From assembly GCA_021825465.1 (NCBI GenBank), contig JAKAGX010000001.1, positions 5,347-69,346 of the forward strand: a DNA stretch of 64,000 nt, in the 5' to 3' direction. The position numbers and the translations under genes are program-made. Below are positions 48,013 through 56,539 of the stretch, in pieces; within the stretch, counting starts at the first letter, position 1; each line of letters starts with the position of its first letter. This stretch comes from a bacterium (lineage in GTDB: Bacteria; Patescibacteriota; Minisyncoccia; UBA6257; GWB1-50-10). A model generated the notes under the pieces. The model ran no database searches and had not been told where the DNA came from. It was given only the letters and a program-made list of their open reading frames with translations.

Positions 48013-49713
48013 TCATACTATCTCCTTCTGATAACATCCTTCACAATAAATGATCTCCTTGTTTTCCGGAGAAAAACTCGTCTCGAACTCGTTCGGGCAC
48101 CGGCCGGAATGATCATGTCCGGTTTTATCGCACATGCAATTGCGGTGCCATGTCTTGTTCGGCCCGCGCGCCGCGAACCGCCGTTCGTGCCGGCAATCCG
48201 GGCACTCGCGCGGGAGCGGGATCTCCAGGTGTTTGTAAAACTCGAATTCGCTCGGGATGATGCGGAAATTTTTCTTGCATTTCGTGCACGCGAAGATCTC
48301 TTTCGGCACGTCGATACCTCCGATGTCGCGGATCGAATCGGGTATCTTGTCCCACGGCATCGTTTCCTTGCCGTAGGTCCCCCGCGGATGGTCCTCCCAC
48401 TTGAATCCCTGCCGTAGCGCTTCTTCTTTCGTGAGCGGAAACTGGCCCTCTGCGGCCGTCTCGTTGTATCCGAAGGCACTGACGGATGCCGGGAAGAATT
48501 CGCCGTAGATCCCCTCCTCCCTCATTTTCGCGATGATCTCCTTCCGCAATGTTCCGTACTCTTCGGGCGAATATTGCTTATTCAGGATGCAGTAATTCTG
48601 CTTTCGGAGACCCGTGCACCCGAAGCAGTTCGTGCAGTTGAAGCAGTAGAAAGAATAGTCCATGAAACTCGACGACCAGCAGACGGCGGTGGCAACATAA
48701 TGCGAGACGTCGATGCCGGCATTGATCGAATTGTAGACCAGCTCCGCGCTTCTGCCCGCCGTGTCGGCATCGACGCAATCTTTCGCGTTCCGCCAGATAT
48801 GGACGCCGTATTTACTGTCCTCGGAATCGTAGCAGTGGAAGCATGACTTGCAATTCTTCGCGTCTTCGATGTAGTTCCCCGAAGAGCCGGGCGAGTTGTA
48901 GACTTGAGCGAACCGGCGCGGCTCCCCCATCGCGAAATCCTCGAATTTCTTTTTGAATGCCTCGAGGCCGCTCCACGTATCGAACTGCGCTTCTTCGAGG
49001 AACTTTTCGTAATCTTCTTTCGAAACCGGCTTGTTGAAAATGTGGTACTGCTTATTGAACAGATTGACGCAACCCACGCAATTCGAGCAGCCGCGGCAAT
49101 CAAGGAGAAAATACCCGTCGTGCGAATCGTGGCATCCTTTGCTCCAAAACAAACGATACGAGTTGTAGCAGTCGTCGCTCTCGTACGAAAGTTCCGTCTT
49201 GCTCGCGAAGGACGTATCGACGCAATCCTTGCACTCTTGGATCCAGTAGCAGTGGGTACATCCCTCGTTGTTCGACGACTCCACGAGCATATAGCAATTC
49301 TTGTTGTCGGCCGATATGTTCACATACTCGGAGTTGACGCTCCGCTCGTGCATCAGACCGACCTTCGGCACTTTGTTCCAAAGTTCGGCGAACTGATTTA
49401 AGAACGGCTTTGCGGGGTCGTACTCAATACCGAGATCGCGACCATCCCAGCCGTCGGAAAACCAGCAATCGTGGCACCACACCGCGTACGGTTTATTCGG
49501 ACTGTACATCGAGATGCCATCCTTGCCGCATTTGTCGCACTTCCGGGAATAGAACGAGCGTTCATTTCTGAACGCCAATCTTCTTTGTGCGCGGCACGCC
49601 GGGCACAGCCTGGGCGAAAGAACGCCCATCTTTTCGTAAAAACCAAAATCCTCCGGTTCGATGGCAAATTCCTCATGGCAATTCTGACAAGTTCTGGTTT
49701 CGGTTTTAGTCAT
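48013..49713 (-). CDS. Cys-rich zinc-ribbon repeat protein, array paralog 12
   Basis: The 566 aa ORF has the canonical ends. Confidence 0.85.
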   Translation of the reverse strand: MTKTETRTCQNCHEEFAIEPEDFGFYEKMGVLSPRLCPACRAQRRLAFRNERSFYSRKCDKCGKDGISMYSPNKPYAVWCHDCWFSDGWDGRDLGIEYDPAKPFLNQFAELWNKVPKVGLMHERSVNSEYVNISADNKNCYMLVESSNNEGCTHCYWIQECKDCVDTSFASKTELSYESDDCYNSYRLFWSKGCHDSHDGYFLLDCRGCSNCVGCVNLFNKQYHIFNKPVSKEDYEKFLEEAQFDTWSGLEAFKKKFEDFAMGEPRRFAQVYNSPGSSGNYIEDAKNCKSCFHCYDSEDSKYGVHIWRNAKDCVDADTAGRSAELVYNSINAGIDVSHYVATAVCWSSSFMDYSFYCFNCTNCFGCTGLRKQNYCILNKQYSPEEYGTLRKEIIAKMREEGIYGEFFPASVSAFGYNETAAEGQFPLTKEEALRQGFKWEDHPRGTYGKETMPWDKIPDSIRDIGGIDVPKEIFACTKCKKNFRIIPSEFEFYKHLEIPLPRECPDCRHERRFAARGPNKTWHRNCMCDKTGHDHSGRCPNEFETSFSPENKEIIYCEGCYQKEIV

Positions 49714-49742
49714 TGGGTCATTCGTATATTGAAAATTGATAT

Positions 49743-51449
49743 CTATGCCGTCAATTCACTGTAGCATTTCTTGCAAAGGATGTTTTGGGCATCGTGATTA
49801 CTGATCGATGTCATAAATTCGGCCCCACACTTCGAACACGCTCTCTTTTCCATCTTCAAGTTATCGACCCATATATCGATCTTCTTATTGATCCTGCAAA
49901 AAGGACATTCGCGGGGCAACGGATAATTCATCTTCCGAAGGAACTCCAATTCATCCCTTGTTATTCTGAACCCCCGGCCGCATCGAGCGCAACCGATGAT
50001 CTCGCTTAAAATTGAATCCGGCGCATCCTTGATATGATCCGGCAGATCGGCGGCTTTTTTCGTCACCTCGTATTCTTTTTTTTCAAAAGCACGCCATCCG
50101 TAGCCTTCGTCGCGCGCATCGCGCTCGGTCATCGGAAAAAAATTTTGAGCCAACGTCTCGTTATATGCGAACGTGCTCATTTCGATCGGGAAGAATTCCC
50201 CATATCGATACACCCTGCCCTTCCGATCGGTGTACGGCATGTCCATCATATGTTGGCGTATTTTCGGAACGAGAGCATCGTATTCCTCGGGGGTATATTG
50301 CTTGTTTAAAATGCAATACTGCCCCTTTTTAAGGGAAATGGATCCGAAGACATGTGCCCCGCCGTAAATGAGAAATGAATATTCGGAGTCGACCAAATTC
50401 AATCCCGACCCATAATTGAATTTCACTTCGCTCGCGTTTTCACCGACATTCGGCGAATCGTAGGAAAGCGTGAGATTATTTCCCCAGCTTGTAATGTCGT
50501 AGCAATCTTTCGTTCCCGGAAGGTAGAGCATCGCGAGATACTTTGAATTTTCTGCGCCCAAAACTTCGTAGCATTCCTTGCAATTCCGCGATTGGAACAC
50601 GTTGTTCCCCGTGCAGTTTTCGGTAAATTCATCGAAGACCGGCTTCGGCGGGAACTTTTTCCAATGCTCTTCGGCAAGCTTCTGGATCTCTTGATACTCG
50701 CGATACGACCCGAGGTCCCATCTTTTGATCTCTTTGAAATATTCTTCTTTTGAATACGGCTTGTTGAAAATATAGTATTTTTTATTCCTTAAATTGACCG
50801 AAGCGAAACAATTTTGGCATCCCCACGAATATTTCAAGAAGTATGAATCGATCGACTCCGTTACTTGCCCTCGAAGGCCGGCACATCGGGTGCATCGGTA
50901 TGTATGCATCGAATCGTAGCAAAGCTCCGAATTCATGATGAGCGATGAGTCGAAGACCGACCTGCTCTCTGTGACGTAAAAGCCGTACGCGGAATCCTCG
51001 TCGAAATCGGCGTGAAAGAGCATATAGACATTCTTGTTATTGCCGCTCAAGTGTGAATACGGCGAGGTCTTCAGGGTCATAAAATCCGTCGAGAGCGCCG
51101 GAAGCGGGGCTTCGCGCACAAGGTCCTTGAATTGTTCGAAGAAGGGCCGCGAAAAATCGTAATCGCGGCCGTAATCGCGGGGATCCCACGTATCACTGAA
51201 CCAGCAAGGCAAACAAAAAACCCGGTAGGGTGCGTCAGGCGCGTAAACAGAAATAGTATCCTTGCTGCACAAGTCGCACTTCCGCTTATAGAGGTTGATG
51301 ACATTCATAAACGCCAAGCGCCGCTTTTCGCGGCACTCGGGACAAAACGTCGGCGGAGGGACTTTTATCCTCTCATAAAAAGCGAGATCCTCAGGCTCAA
51401 TGACAAATTCGCGGCGGCAGTTCTGGCAAACTTCTTTCCGGGGACCCAT
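49743..51449 (-). CDS. Cys-rich zinc-ribbon repeat protein, array paralog 13 (5'-most; C-terminal variant subfamily)
   Basis: The 568 aa ORF has the canonical N-terminus and the variant C-terminus 'CPFCRINKKIDIW ... CSKCGAEF ... CKKCYSELTA'. Confidence 0.85.
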   Translation of the reverse strand: MGPRKEVCQNCRREFVIEPEDLAFYERIKVPPPTFCPECREKRRLAFMNVINLYKRKCDLCSKDTISVYAPDAPYRVFCLPCWFSDTWDPRDYGRDYDFSRPFFEQFKDLVREAPLPALSTDFMTLKTSPYSHLSGNNKNVYMLFHADFDEDSAYGFYVTESRSVFDSSLIMNSELCYDSMHTYRCTRCAGLRGQVTESIDSYFLKYSWGCQNCFASVNLRNKKYYIFNKPYSKEEYFKEIKRWDLGSYREYQEIQKLAEEHWKKFPPKPVFDEFTENCTGNNVFQSRNCKECYEVLGAENSKYLAMLYLPGTKDCYDITSWGNNLTLSYDSPNVGENASEVKFNYGSGLNLVDSEYSFLIYGGAHVFGSISLKKGQYCILNKQYTPEEYDALVPKIRQHMMDMPYTDRKGRVYRYGEFFPIEMSTFAYNETLAQNFFPMTERDARDEGYGWRAFEKKEYEVTKKAADLPDHIKDAPDSILSEIIGCARCGRGFRITRDELEFLRKMNYPLPRECPFCRINKKIDIWVDNLKMEKRACSKCGAEFMTSISNHDAQNILCKKCYSELTA

Positions 51450-51451
51450 AG

Positions 51452-51640
51452 CTACTCCGCGTCGTCGCCTTCCTCTTCTACATTAATATGATTCTCGGTA
51501 AGGAGCCCGGCTTCCTTCAGTTTTTTCTGCTGCATTTTGAAAATCCTCTTGCATCGAGCGGTCAAAATCAAACCTCTCACGATCTTGTACGCGAGAAAAA
51601 GAATGACTAATCCTATTACGATGTACCAAAAAACATTCAT
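51452..51640 (-). CDS. Small single-TM protein, first gene of the array operon
   Basis: The 62 aa ORF has the TM helix 'VFWYIVIGLVILFLAY' followed by a basic and then acidic tail. Its stop is 2 nt before the ATG of paralog 13. Confidence 0.5.
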   Translation of the reverse strand: MNVFWYIVIGLVILFLAYKIVRGLILTARCKRIFKMQQKKLKEAGLLTENHINVEEEGDDAE

Positions 51641-51649
51641 CGTGAAAGT

Positions 51650-51678
51650 ATTATATCACAAATATGATGAAAAATCAA
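51650..51678 (-). promoter_or_regulatory. Sigma70-like promoter (TTGATT-17-TATAAT), near-leaderless for the 51640 start
   Basis: On the minus strand the -35 is ttgatt (51673-51678), the spacer is 17 nt and the -10 is tataat (51650-51655). The ATG is 9 nt downstream of the -10. Confidence 0.55.
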
Positions 51679-51689
51679 GATTTCTTTTC

Positions 51690-51995
51690 CTATCCCACAA
51701 CTGTCGTCATCCATTCCTTATATGCCCTATTGACGCGTCGAACATCCACGACCGCAACAAGCGGCGTTGAATAGGAATGGTTTTGCTGGATGAGATCTTC
51801 GACATCCTGCACCTTCGACTCATTGGTCTTGATGAGAAGCGCATACTCGTTCTCGCACTTCATTTTCCCCTCCCAGGTATAGCACGATTCGATCGGCCAC
51901 GTGTTGACGCACGCGGCGATCTTCCGCTCGACAATGAGCTTTGCAAGCTTTCTGGCTTCCTCAACACCTTCACAGGTTGAATAAATGAAAACCAT
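51690..51995 (-). CDS. cutA: Divalent-cation tolerance protein CutA
   Basis: The 101 aa ORF contains 'ERKIAACVN ... YTWEGK' and is typical of CutA1. Confidence 0.75.
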   Translation of the reverse strand: MVFIYSTCEGVEEARKLAKLIVERKIAACVNTWPIESCYTWEGKMKCENEYALLIKTNESKVQDVEDLIQQNHSYSTPLVAVVDVRRVNRAYKEWMTTVVG

Positions 51996-52032
51996 AACGT
52001 TATTTTATTTTCGACCTTTCCTCGAGATGGAT

Positions 52033-53487
52033 TTATACCAAAGGTTCGGGAGTCTGATTGTCTTCCGCCGGCTTCCCCGTGATAGCCGCCTTTTCTTGAG
52101 CGCTCCGCCAAATGCCTGCTTCTTCCTCGGCGATAAGTTTTTTCGCAGCATCTGCCGAAATGGAATATTTTTCGCGCGAACGCTTGATGATCTCGTCCTT
52201 GAACGAGGGATGGGTCGGCGGCAAAACGCGCAACGTTTCCGCCGAGAATGGATCGTAGGTTTCGCCGTCGATCGTCATTTTGATGTAAATTTGGCCCATG
52301 CCGAGATTGATCATATCCTTCACGTCGAAAACCGGCGCCATTTCCGGCTTCAGCTTTACTGCATCTTCGCCGCCGACGCGGAAAATAATGATGGTTCCGG
52401 TATTCCCCAAAACGGCGGCTTGCACCTTCGGCAGCAGCTGTCCGACGTACTGGTGGGCAACGGTAAGGCAAAGGCCGTACTTCCTGGCTTCCGACAAAAG
52501 GTTTTCGAACGTATCGGTCACGAGGTTCTGAAACTCATCGACATACAGATAAAAATCGTTCCGCTCGGCTTGCGGCAAGGTTGCCCGCGCCATGCCCGCT
52601 TGCTTGATCTTCGTAATGAACATCGATCCGAAGAAGCTTGAATTTTCTTCGCCGATCTTCCCTTTCGAGAGATTGATAAGAATGATCTTTTTGTCGTTCA
52701 TCAGCTTCTCGAGATCGATCTTGTTCTCCTTTTGGCCGAAGATGTTCCGGAGCATCGGATTCGAAAGGAATTGGCCGAGTTTGTTCACCAAAGGAATGAT
52801 GGCTTCCGTATCGAATTTCTCCGACCAGTCGGCGAACTCGATGGCCCAGAAGCGTTTCACCATGTCGTCTTCGATGTACTCCACAACCTTTTGCCGGTAG
52901 TTTCGGTCGGAAAGCATCGAAATCATGCCGCGCATCGTGGCATGCGGATAATCGAGGAGCGCAAGGCATGTGAATCGGAACACGTGCTCCAAGCGGGGCG
53001 TCCAGTTCGCGCCGAACTGTTTTTCCATGACCTCGATCAAACCTTGCGTCAGCTGATGCTTGAACGAAGGATCGATGTTTGCCAAGGGATTGAACGATGC
53101 CGGATACTCGATATCCGAAGGGTCGATGATGCACACATCGTCGATGCGGTTTTCGGGAATGGACGGGAGGATGTCGTCGATGGTATCGCCGTGCGGATCG
53201 ATCAAGCAAAGGCCGTACCCATACTCAATGTCCTGCCTGACCAAAAGTTCCATCAGCTTCGATTTACCGACGCCGCTTTTGCCGATGATGTAGGTATGCC
53301 GGCGGCGGTCGACCCGTTTCAGGCCGAAAATGAACTTCTTTTCCTCAAGAGCAGCGACGTAGTTCGTGCGGCCGATATATGAAATTTCGGACGGCGAAAC
53401 TTTCCCGTAAACCGGCAATTGCGGCGGCGGGGGCGCATACTTGATGATTTGGAGCCTTGTTTGTCTTTGTTGCTGTGGTTGCGGCAT
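52033..53487 (-). CDS. Type IV coupling-protein-like ATPase (TraD/VirD4-like), copy 2
   Basis: It has 'YIIGKSGVGKS', 'FYLYVDEFQNL' and 'LTVAHQYVGQL'. It is collinear with copy 1 at 16827..18551. Confidence 0.6.
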   Translation of the reverse strand: MPQPQQQRQTRLQIIKYAPPPPQLPVYGKVSPSEISYIGRTNYVAALEEKKFIFGLKRVDRRRHTYIIGKSGVGKSKLMELLVRQDIEYGYGLCLIDPHGDTIDDILPSIPENRIDDVCIIDPSDIEYPASFNPLANIDPSFKHQLTQGLIEVMEKQFGANWTPRLEHVFRFTCLALLDYPHATMRGMISMLSDRNYRQKVVEYIEDDMVKRFWAIEFADWSEKFDTEAIIPLVNKLGQFLSNPMLRNIFGQKENKIDLEKLMNDKKIILINLSKGKIGEENSSFFGSMFITKIKQAGMARATLPQAERNDFYLYVDEFQNLVTDTFENLLSEARKYGLCLTVAHQYVGQLLPKVQAAVLGNTGTIIIFRVGGEDAVKLKPEMAPVFDVKDMINLGMGQIYIKMTIDGETYDPFSAETLRVLPPTHPSFKDEIIKRSREKYSISADAAKKLIAEEEAGIWRSAQEKAAITGKPAEDNQTPEPLV

Positions 53488-53496
53488 GAATATTCG

Positions 53497-54036
53497 TTAT
53501 TTCAGGGCCCGTATCGTTCTTAAAAACGACTCGTAAACGCGGAGCATTTCTTCCGCTTCTTCCTTCTTCAATTCGAAGCCCGGCGTATGCACCAATTCGT
53601 TCCGGAGCTTGTGCGCCCGCCACAGGTCCTCGATTTGATTGAAATCGTCGTAGGTGAAGTGTTGCAACCGATCGGCCATATGTTCCCCCGGGAGTCCCAT
53701 TTGTTTCAGTGCGGAATCGACGAGATTGTCGGCCGATATGACGGCGAGCATGAGCGATTGCGCTTTTCCTTCCCGCGCTTTTTCTTCGATGCCGGACCAA
53801 TGCGCCGCAAAGTTCGCCGTATTGAAGGAAAAAGGTTTTGCTTCCGCCCCCGATCCTTCCTTCTTGCCTTCAATCCCTTCTTCCTCGAACTCCCCTTCAA
53901 TGGGCGGGCGGATCTCCCACCCCTTTGCGAAATAAATTATCGCCGCCACGAAAAGGATCGCATCCAAAACGATGAACGCGATGCGGAAACCGCCATAGAG
54001 CCCTTCCCAATTGATCGCTTCAAAAAAATGGATCAT
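53497..54036 (-). CDS. Hypothetical membrane protein
   Basis: It has an N-terminal TM 'FRIAFIVLDAILFVAAIIYF'. It is 9 nt upstream of the ATPase. Confidence 0.45.
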   Translation of the reverse strand: MIHFFEAINWEGLYGGFRIAFIVLDAILFVAAIIYFAKGWEIRPPIEGEFEEEGIEGKKEGSGAEAKPFSFNTANFAAHWSGIEEKAREGKAQSLMLAVISADNLVDSALKQMGLPGEHMADRLQHFTYDDFNQIEDLWRAHKLRNELVHTPGFELKKEEAEEMLRVYESFLRTIRALK

Positions 54037-54039
54037 TGA

Positions 54040-55467
54040 TTACTTATACCGCTCTATTTCTTCGTCGGCGCCGAAGATGGCGAGCCCTGCCGGCGGGCCC
54101 GTCTTTCTGCTTTCAAGATGTCTCAAATGCGGTTCCGTGAGAACGATGGACGTTGGGATATGAAAGAGCGTCGCGATGCACTTCGTATTCATAAGGAAAT
54201 TTCTCGATGCGTTCCAGTTGAAGAAATATGAGGTCATGACGCGACCCACCAGGCTCTCGGGAGGAATTTCTCGCTCTTTATAATCAAAGAGGATGCGGGC
54301 TTTGCGGTATTCGCCGCGCGTCTTGGGAAAAATGTACGGGCTGCTCCAAAGCTTCGTACGCGTCGAGACATTGTAGTTTTGCGTAAAACCGTTCATATCA
54401 AGCGCCGCATATTGGCTGAAGGCGCCGATCAAACCTCGCCGCGGATAGCTGTCCGTAAAGGTGGCGCGCGGCGAAATGTACACGAAGCGCGCCAATGTTT
54501 CGAAGGCCGGCTTCGAGAGATTTTCCTCGACGGCTTTCAAAATTTCCGTTTGGCGGGGGCTCCGCATCGTGAACATGCTGAATTCCCCTTCGCCGGGGTT
54601 TATTTCCGTTTTCGTTCTTTTCGACTGCTGCCGCAGCTCTTCCAATTCCCCCTTCGAATCATCGAGCCACTTGTCGTGATTGGTCATCGGGTCCTTTCCG
54701 GTCGGCGCGATCAAAAGCTGGATCCCCACGAACTCATCCTTCATGAGCTTTCCCATGACCTCGAGGAAAGATGAAATGGGATCGAATCTTTTTTCTTCGT
54801 CGGGGCTCGCTTCGAAATCGGCATACGTTTTAATGGGGTACAATTCTTCCTTTTGGAGAAGCATTTCCGTCCCCCACAGATCGAATCCTTCTTCGTACAT
54901 CGACGTAACGCTCTTCGGAAGCCTGTCAATATAGTCGGGCACTTCGATGATATCGATATCCGGATAATACGAGAAGAACGACGCTTCAACCAGATTTTTC
55001 AAGCCGGCGTAAATGCGGATATAAAAATGAATTTCTCCTCCGAAACTCGCCATTTCGAGCGAAAACCACCGCGTCACTTCTCCTTCGATGTATTTTTCCT
55101 TGAAATCGGACGGTGCGTTCCGGAGCGCATGGATCGCCGTCAAGACCTGCTCCATCGCCTGAGGGCTTTTTTGAATGTTCCGGGGAACTCGAAGCTCCAA
55201 AAGGACCCACTTCAAAGACTTTTTATACATCTCCCGCTTGTAATGGAGCCACAATTCCTTGAATAGATTGAAGAGAATGATGAAAACCCACAGCCACCAC
55301 GTATATTCGAGAAAATACAAAAAAGCCCTCCAAATGGACGAGGGGCCGGTGAAGGGCACCAAAAAAGATCCAATGAGCCCGGCAACAAAAATAGCAAGCC
55401 AGATCTCCCACGTCGAGAAGAGATCCTTCAGGATGTCGCCAAAACCGCCAACAATATCTTTCAGCAT
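54040..55467 (-). CDS. Hypothetical membrane protein (2 N-terminal TM + large soluble domain)
   Basis: The 475 aa ORF has two N-terminal TM helices. It is in an operon with the ATPase. Confidence 0.5.
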   Translation of the reverse strand: MLKDIVGGFGDILKDLFSTWEIWLAIFVAGLIGSFLVPFTGPSSIWRAFLYFLEYTWWLWVFIILFNLFKELWLHYKREMYKKSLKWVLLELRVPRNIQKSPQAMEQVLTAIHALRNAPSDFKEKYIEGEVTRWFSLEMASFGGEIHFYIRIYAGLKNLVEASFFSYYPDIDIIEVPDYIDRLPKSVTSMYEEGFDLWGTEMLLQKEELYPIKTYADFEASPDEEKRFDPISSFLEVMGKLMKDEFVGIQLLIAPTGKDPMTNHDKWLDDSKGELEELRQQSKRTKTEINPGEGEFSMFTMRSPRQTEILKAVEENLSKPAFETLARFVYISPRATFTDSYPRRGLIGAFSQYAALDMNGFTQNYNVSTRTKLWSSPYIFPKTRGEYRKARILFDYKEREIPPESLVGRVMTSYFFNWNASRNFLMNTKCIATLFHIPTSIVLTEPHLRHLESRKTGPPAGLAIFGADEEIERYK

Positions 55468-55505
55468 TCCCTTACGGGAATTATACTACGTTCCGAGCCG
55501 GCTTT

Positions 55506-56522
55506 CTACGCCTCCCGAACGGAGAACCTGCCGTCATCGAGCTTCTTAAAATGATTCTTATTTTGCAGATTCAAGATAACCGTGTTTTCCTTCACCAACC
55601 GCTGTGCCTTCACGAGTTCAATGATCTTGTCCACCTTTTGAGGCCCGTTCTTCTTCAAAAGATCCACCAGAACGTCTTTCACCGTTCCCGGCTCGAAGCC
55701 GTGCTCACGAAGCGCGTACATTCCCCTTCCGACCAAAACGAATCGATGATCTTTGATGAGTTCGTTGTGCACCGTTTGAACATGCGGAACTTTTTTGTCC
55801 AATCCGTATTTATACGAGTACTTGGCGATGTCCGTGAAGTGGAGCGGCGCTCCATGTTTCCTTAATACCAAGTAGACCCTGTCGCGGATCGTTTTCGGTT
55901 CTATTTCCGGCCAGTTTTTAAGGCCGAAGTCTCCGAAGATGTTCGTCCCGAAGTGCTTCGGGATCGAGAGGAAATGGCATGATGCAAGATCCTTGCACTG
56001 GCCGAGGTACGACTTGCTCGTCAAGATCGCCGTTTTTTCTTTCGTGGTCAAAAACTTCGTCATACCGTTCACGAACTCGAGGAATTTCTTCCGCGCATCG
56101 TTCGTTGCATACCAGTAAGCGTTCATTTTGTCGTCTTCCTTGGCATACATCGGTTCGTTGGAGACCAACAAAACGAAGCGCACTTTTTCTTTCGCGTTCT
56201 TTGTCTTTGCATCGATCTTCAGGCCGTAAAGGACGTCGTTCAAGAAATCTTCGTCCAGTTTCACGCCACCCGCCGAAAGGAGGTGTTTTTTCGCAAAATC
56301 GACGATTTCCTTTCCATCCGTCTTCGTCTTTTCCCGGATCTTCTTCAATGCTTGTTCTTCGATTTGCCGTACCCGTTCCCGCGTAATGCCTATTTCATCG
56401 CCGATCTCTTGGAGCGTTTCCGTTTTTCCGTTCTTCAAACCGAACCGGCCGACAACGATCCGCCGCTGTTTGGGTGGTAGAGTCAAAAGAATATCGTCAA
56501 TGATGGCATTCACGTTTTTCAT
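55506..56522 (-). CDS. Sigma-70 region-4 (HTH) domain protein with unknown C-terminal domain
   Basis: The N-terminal 'LPPKQRRIVVGRFGLKNGKTETLQEIGDEIGITRERVRQIEEQALKKIRE' is a close match to sigma70 region 4.2. Regions 2 and 3 are absent. Confidence 0.65.
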   Translation of the reverse strand: MKNVNAIIDDILLTLPPKQRRIVVGRFGLKNGKTETLQEIGDEIGITRERVRQIEEQALKKIREKTKTDGKEIVDFAKKHLLSAGGVKLDEDFLNDVLYGLKIDAKTKNAKEKVRFVLLVSNEPMYAKEDDKMNAYWYATNDARKKFLEFVNGMTKFLTTKEKTAILTSKSYLGQCKDLASCHFLSIPKHFGTNIFGDFGLKNWPEIEPKTIRDRVYLVLRKHGAPLHFTDIAKYSYKYGLDKKVPHVQTVHNELIKDHRFVLVGRGMYALREHGFEPGTVKDVLVDLLKKNGPQKVDKIIELVKAQRLVKENTVILNLQNKNHFKKLDDGRFSVREA

Positions 56523-56539
56523 GAATTTATCGTAAAATC

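Noticed and set aside
24522-51449. The tandem array as a transposon, IS cluster or prophage.
   Set aside because: No transposase, integrase, terminal inverted repeats or phage structural genes are seen. The paralogs are diverged at roughly 50-60% identity, not recent copies. The only mobility hint is the small excisionase-type HTH ORF.
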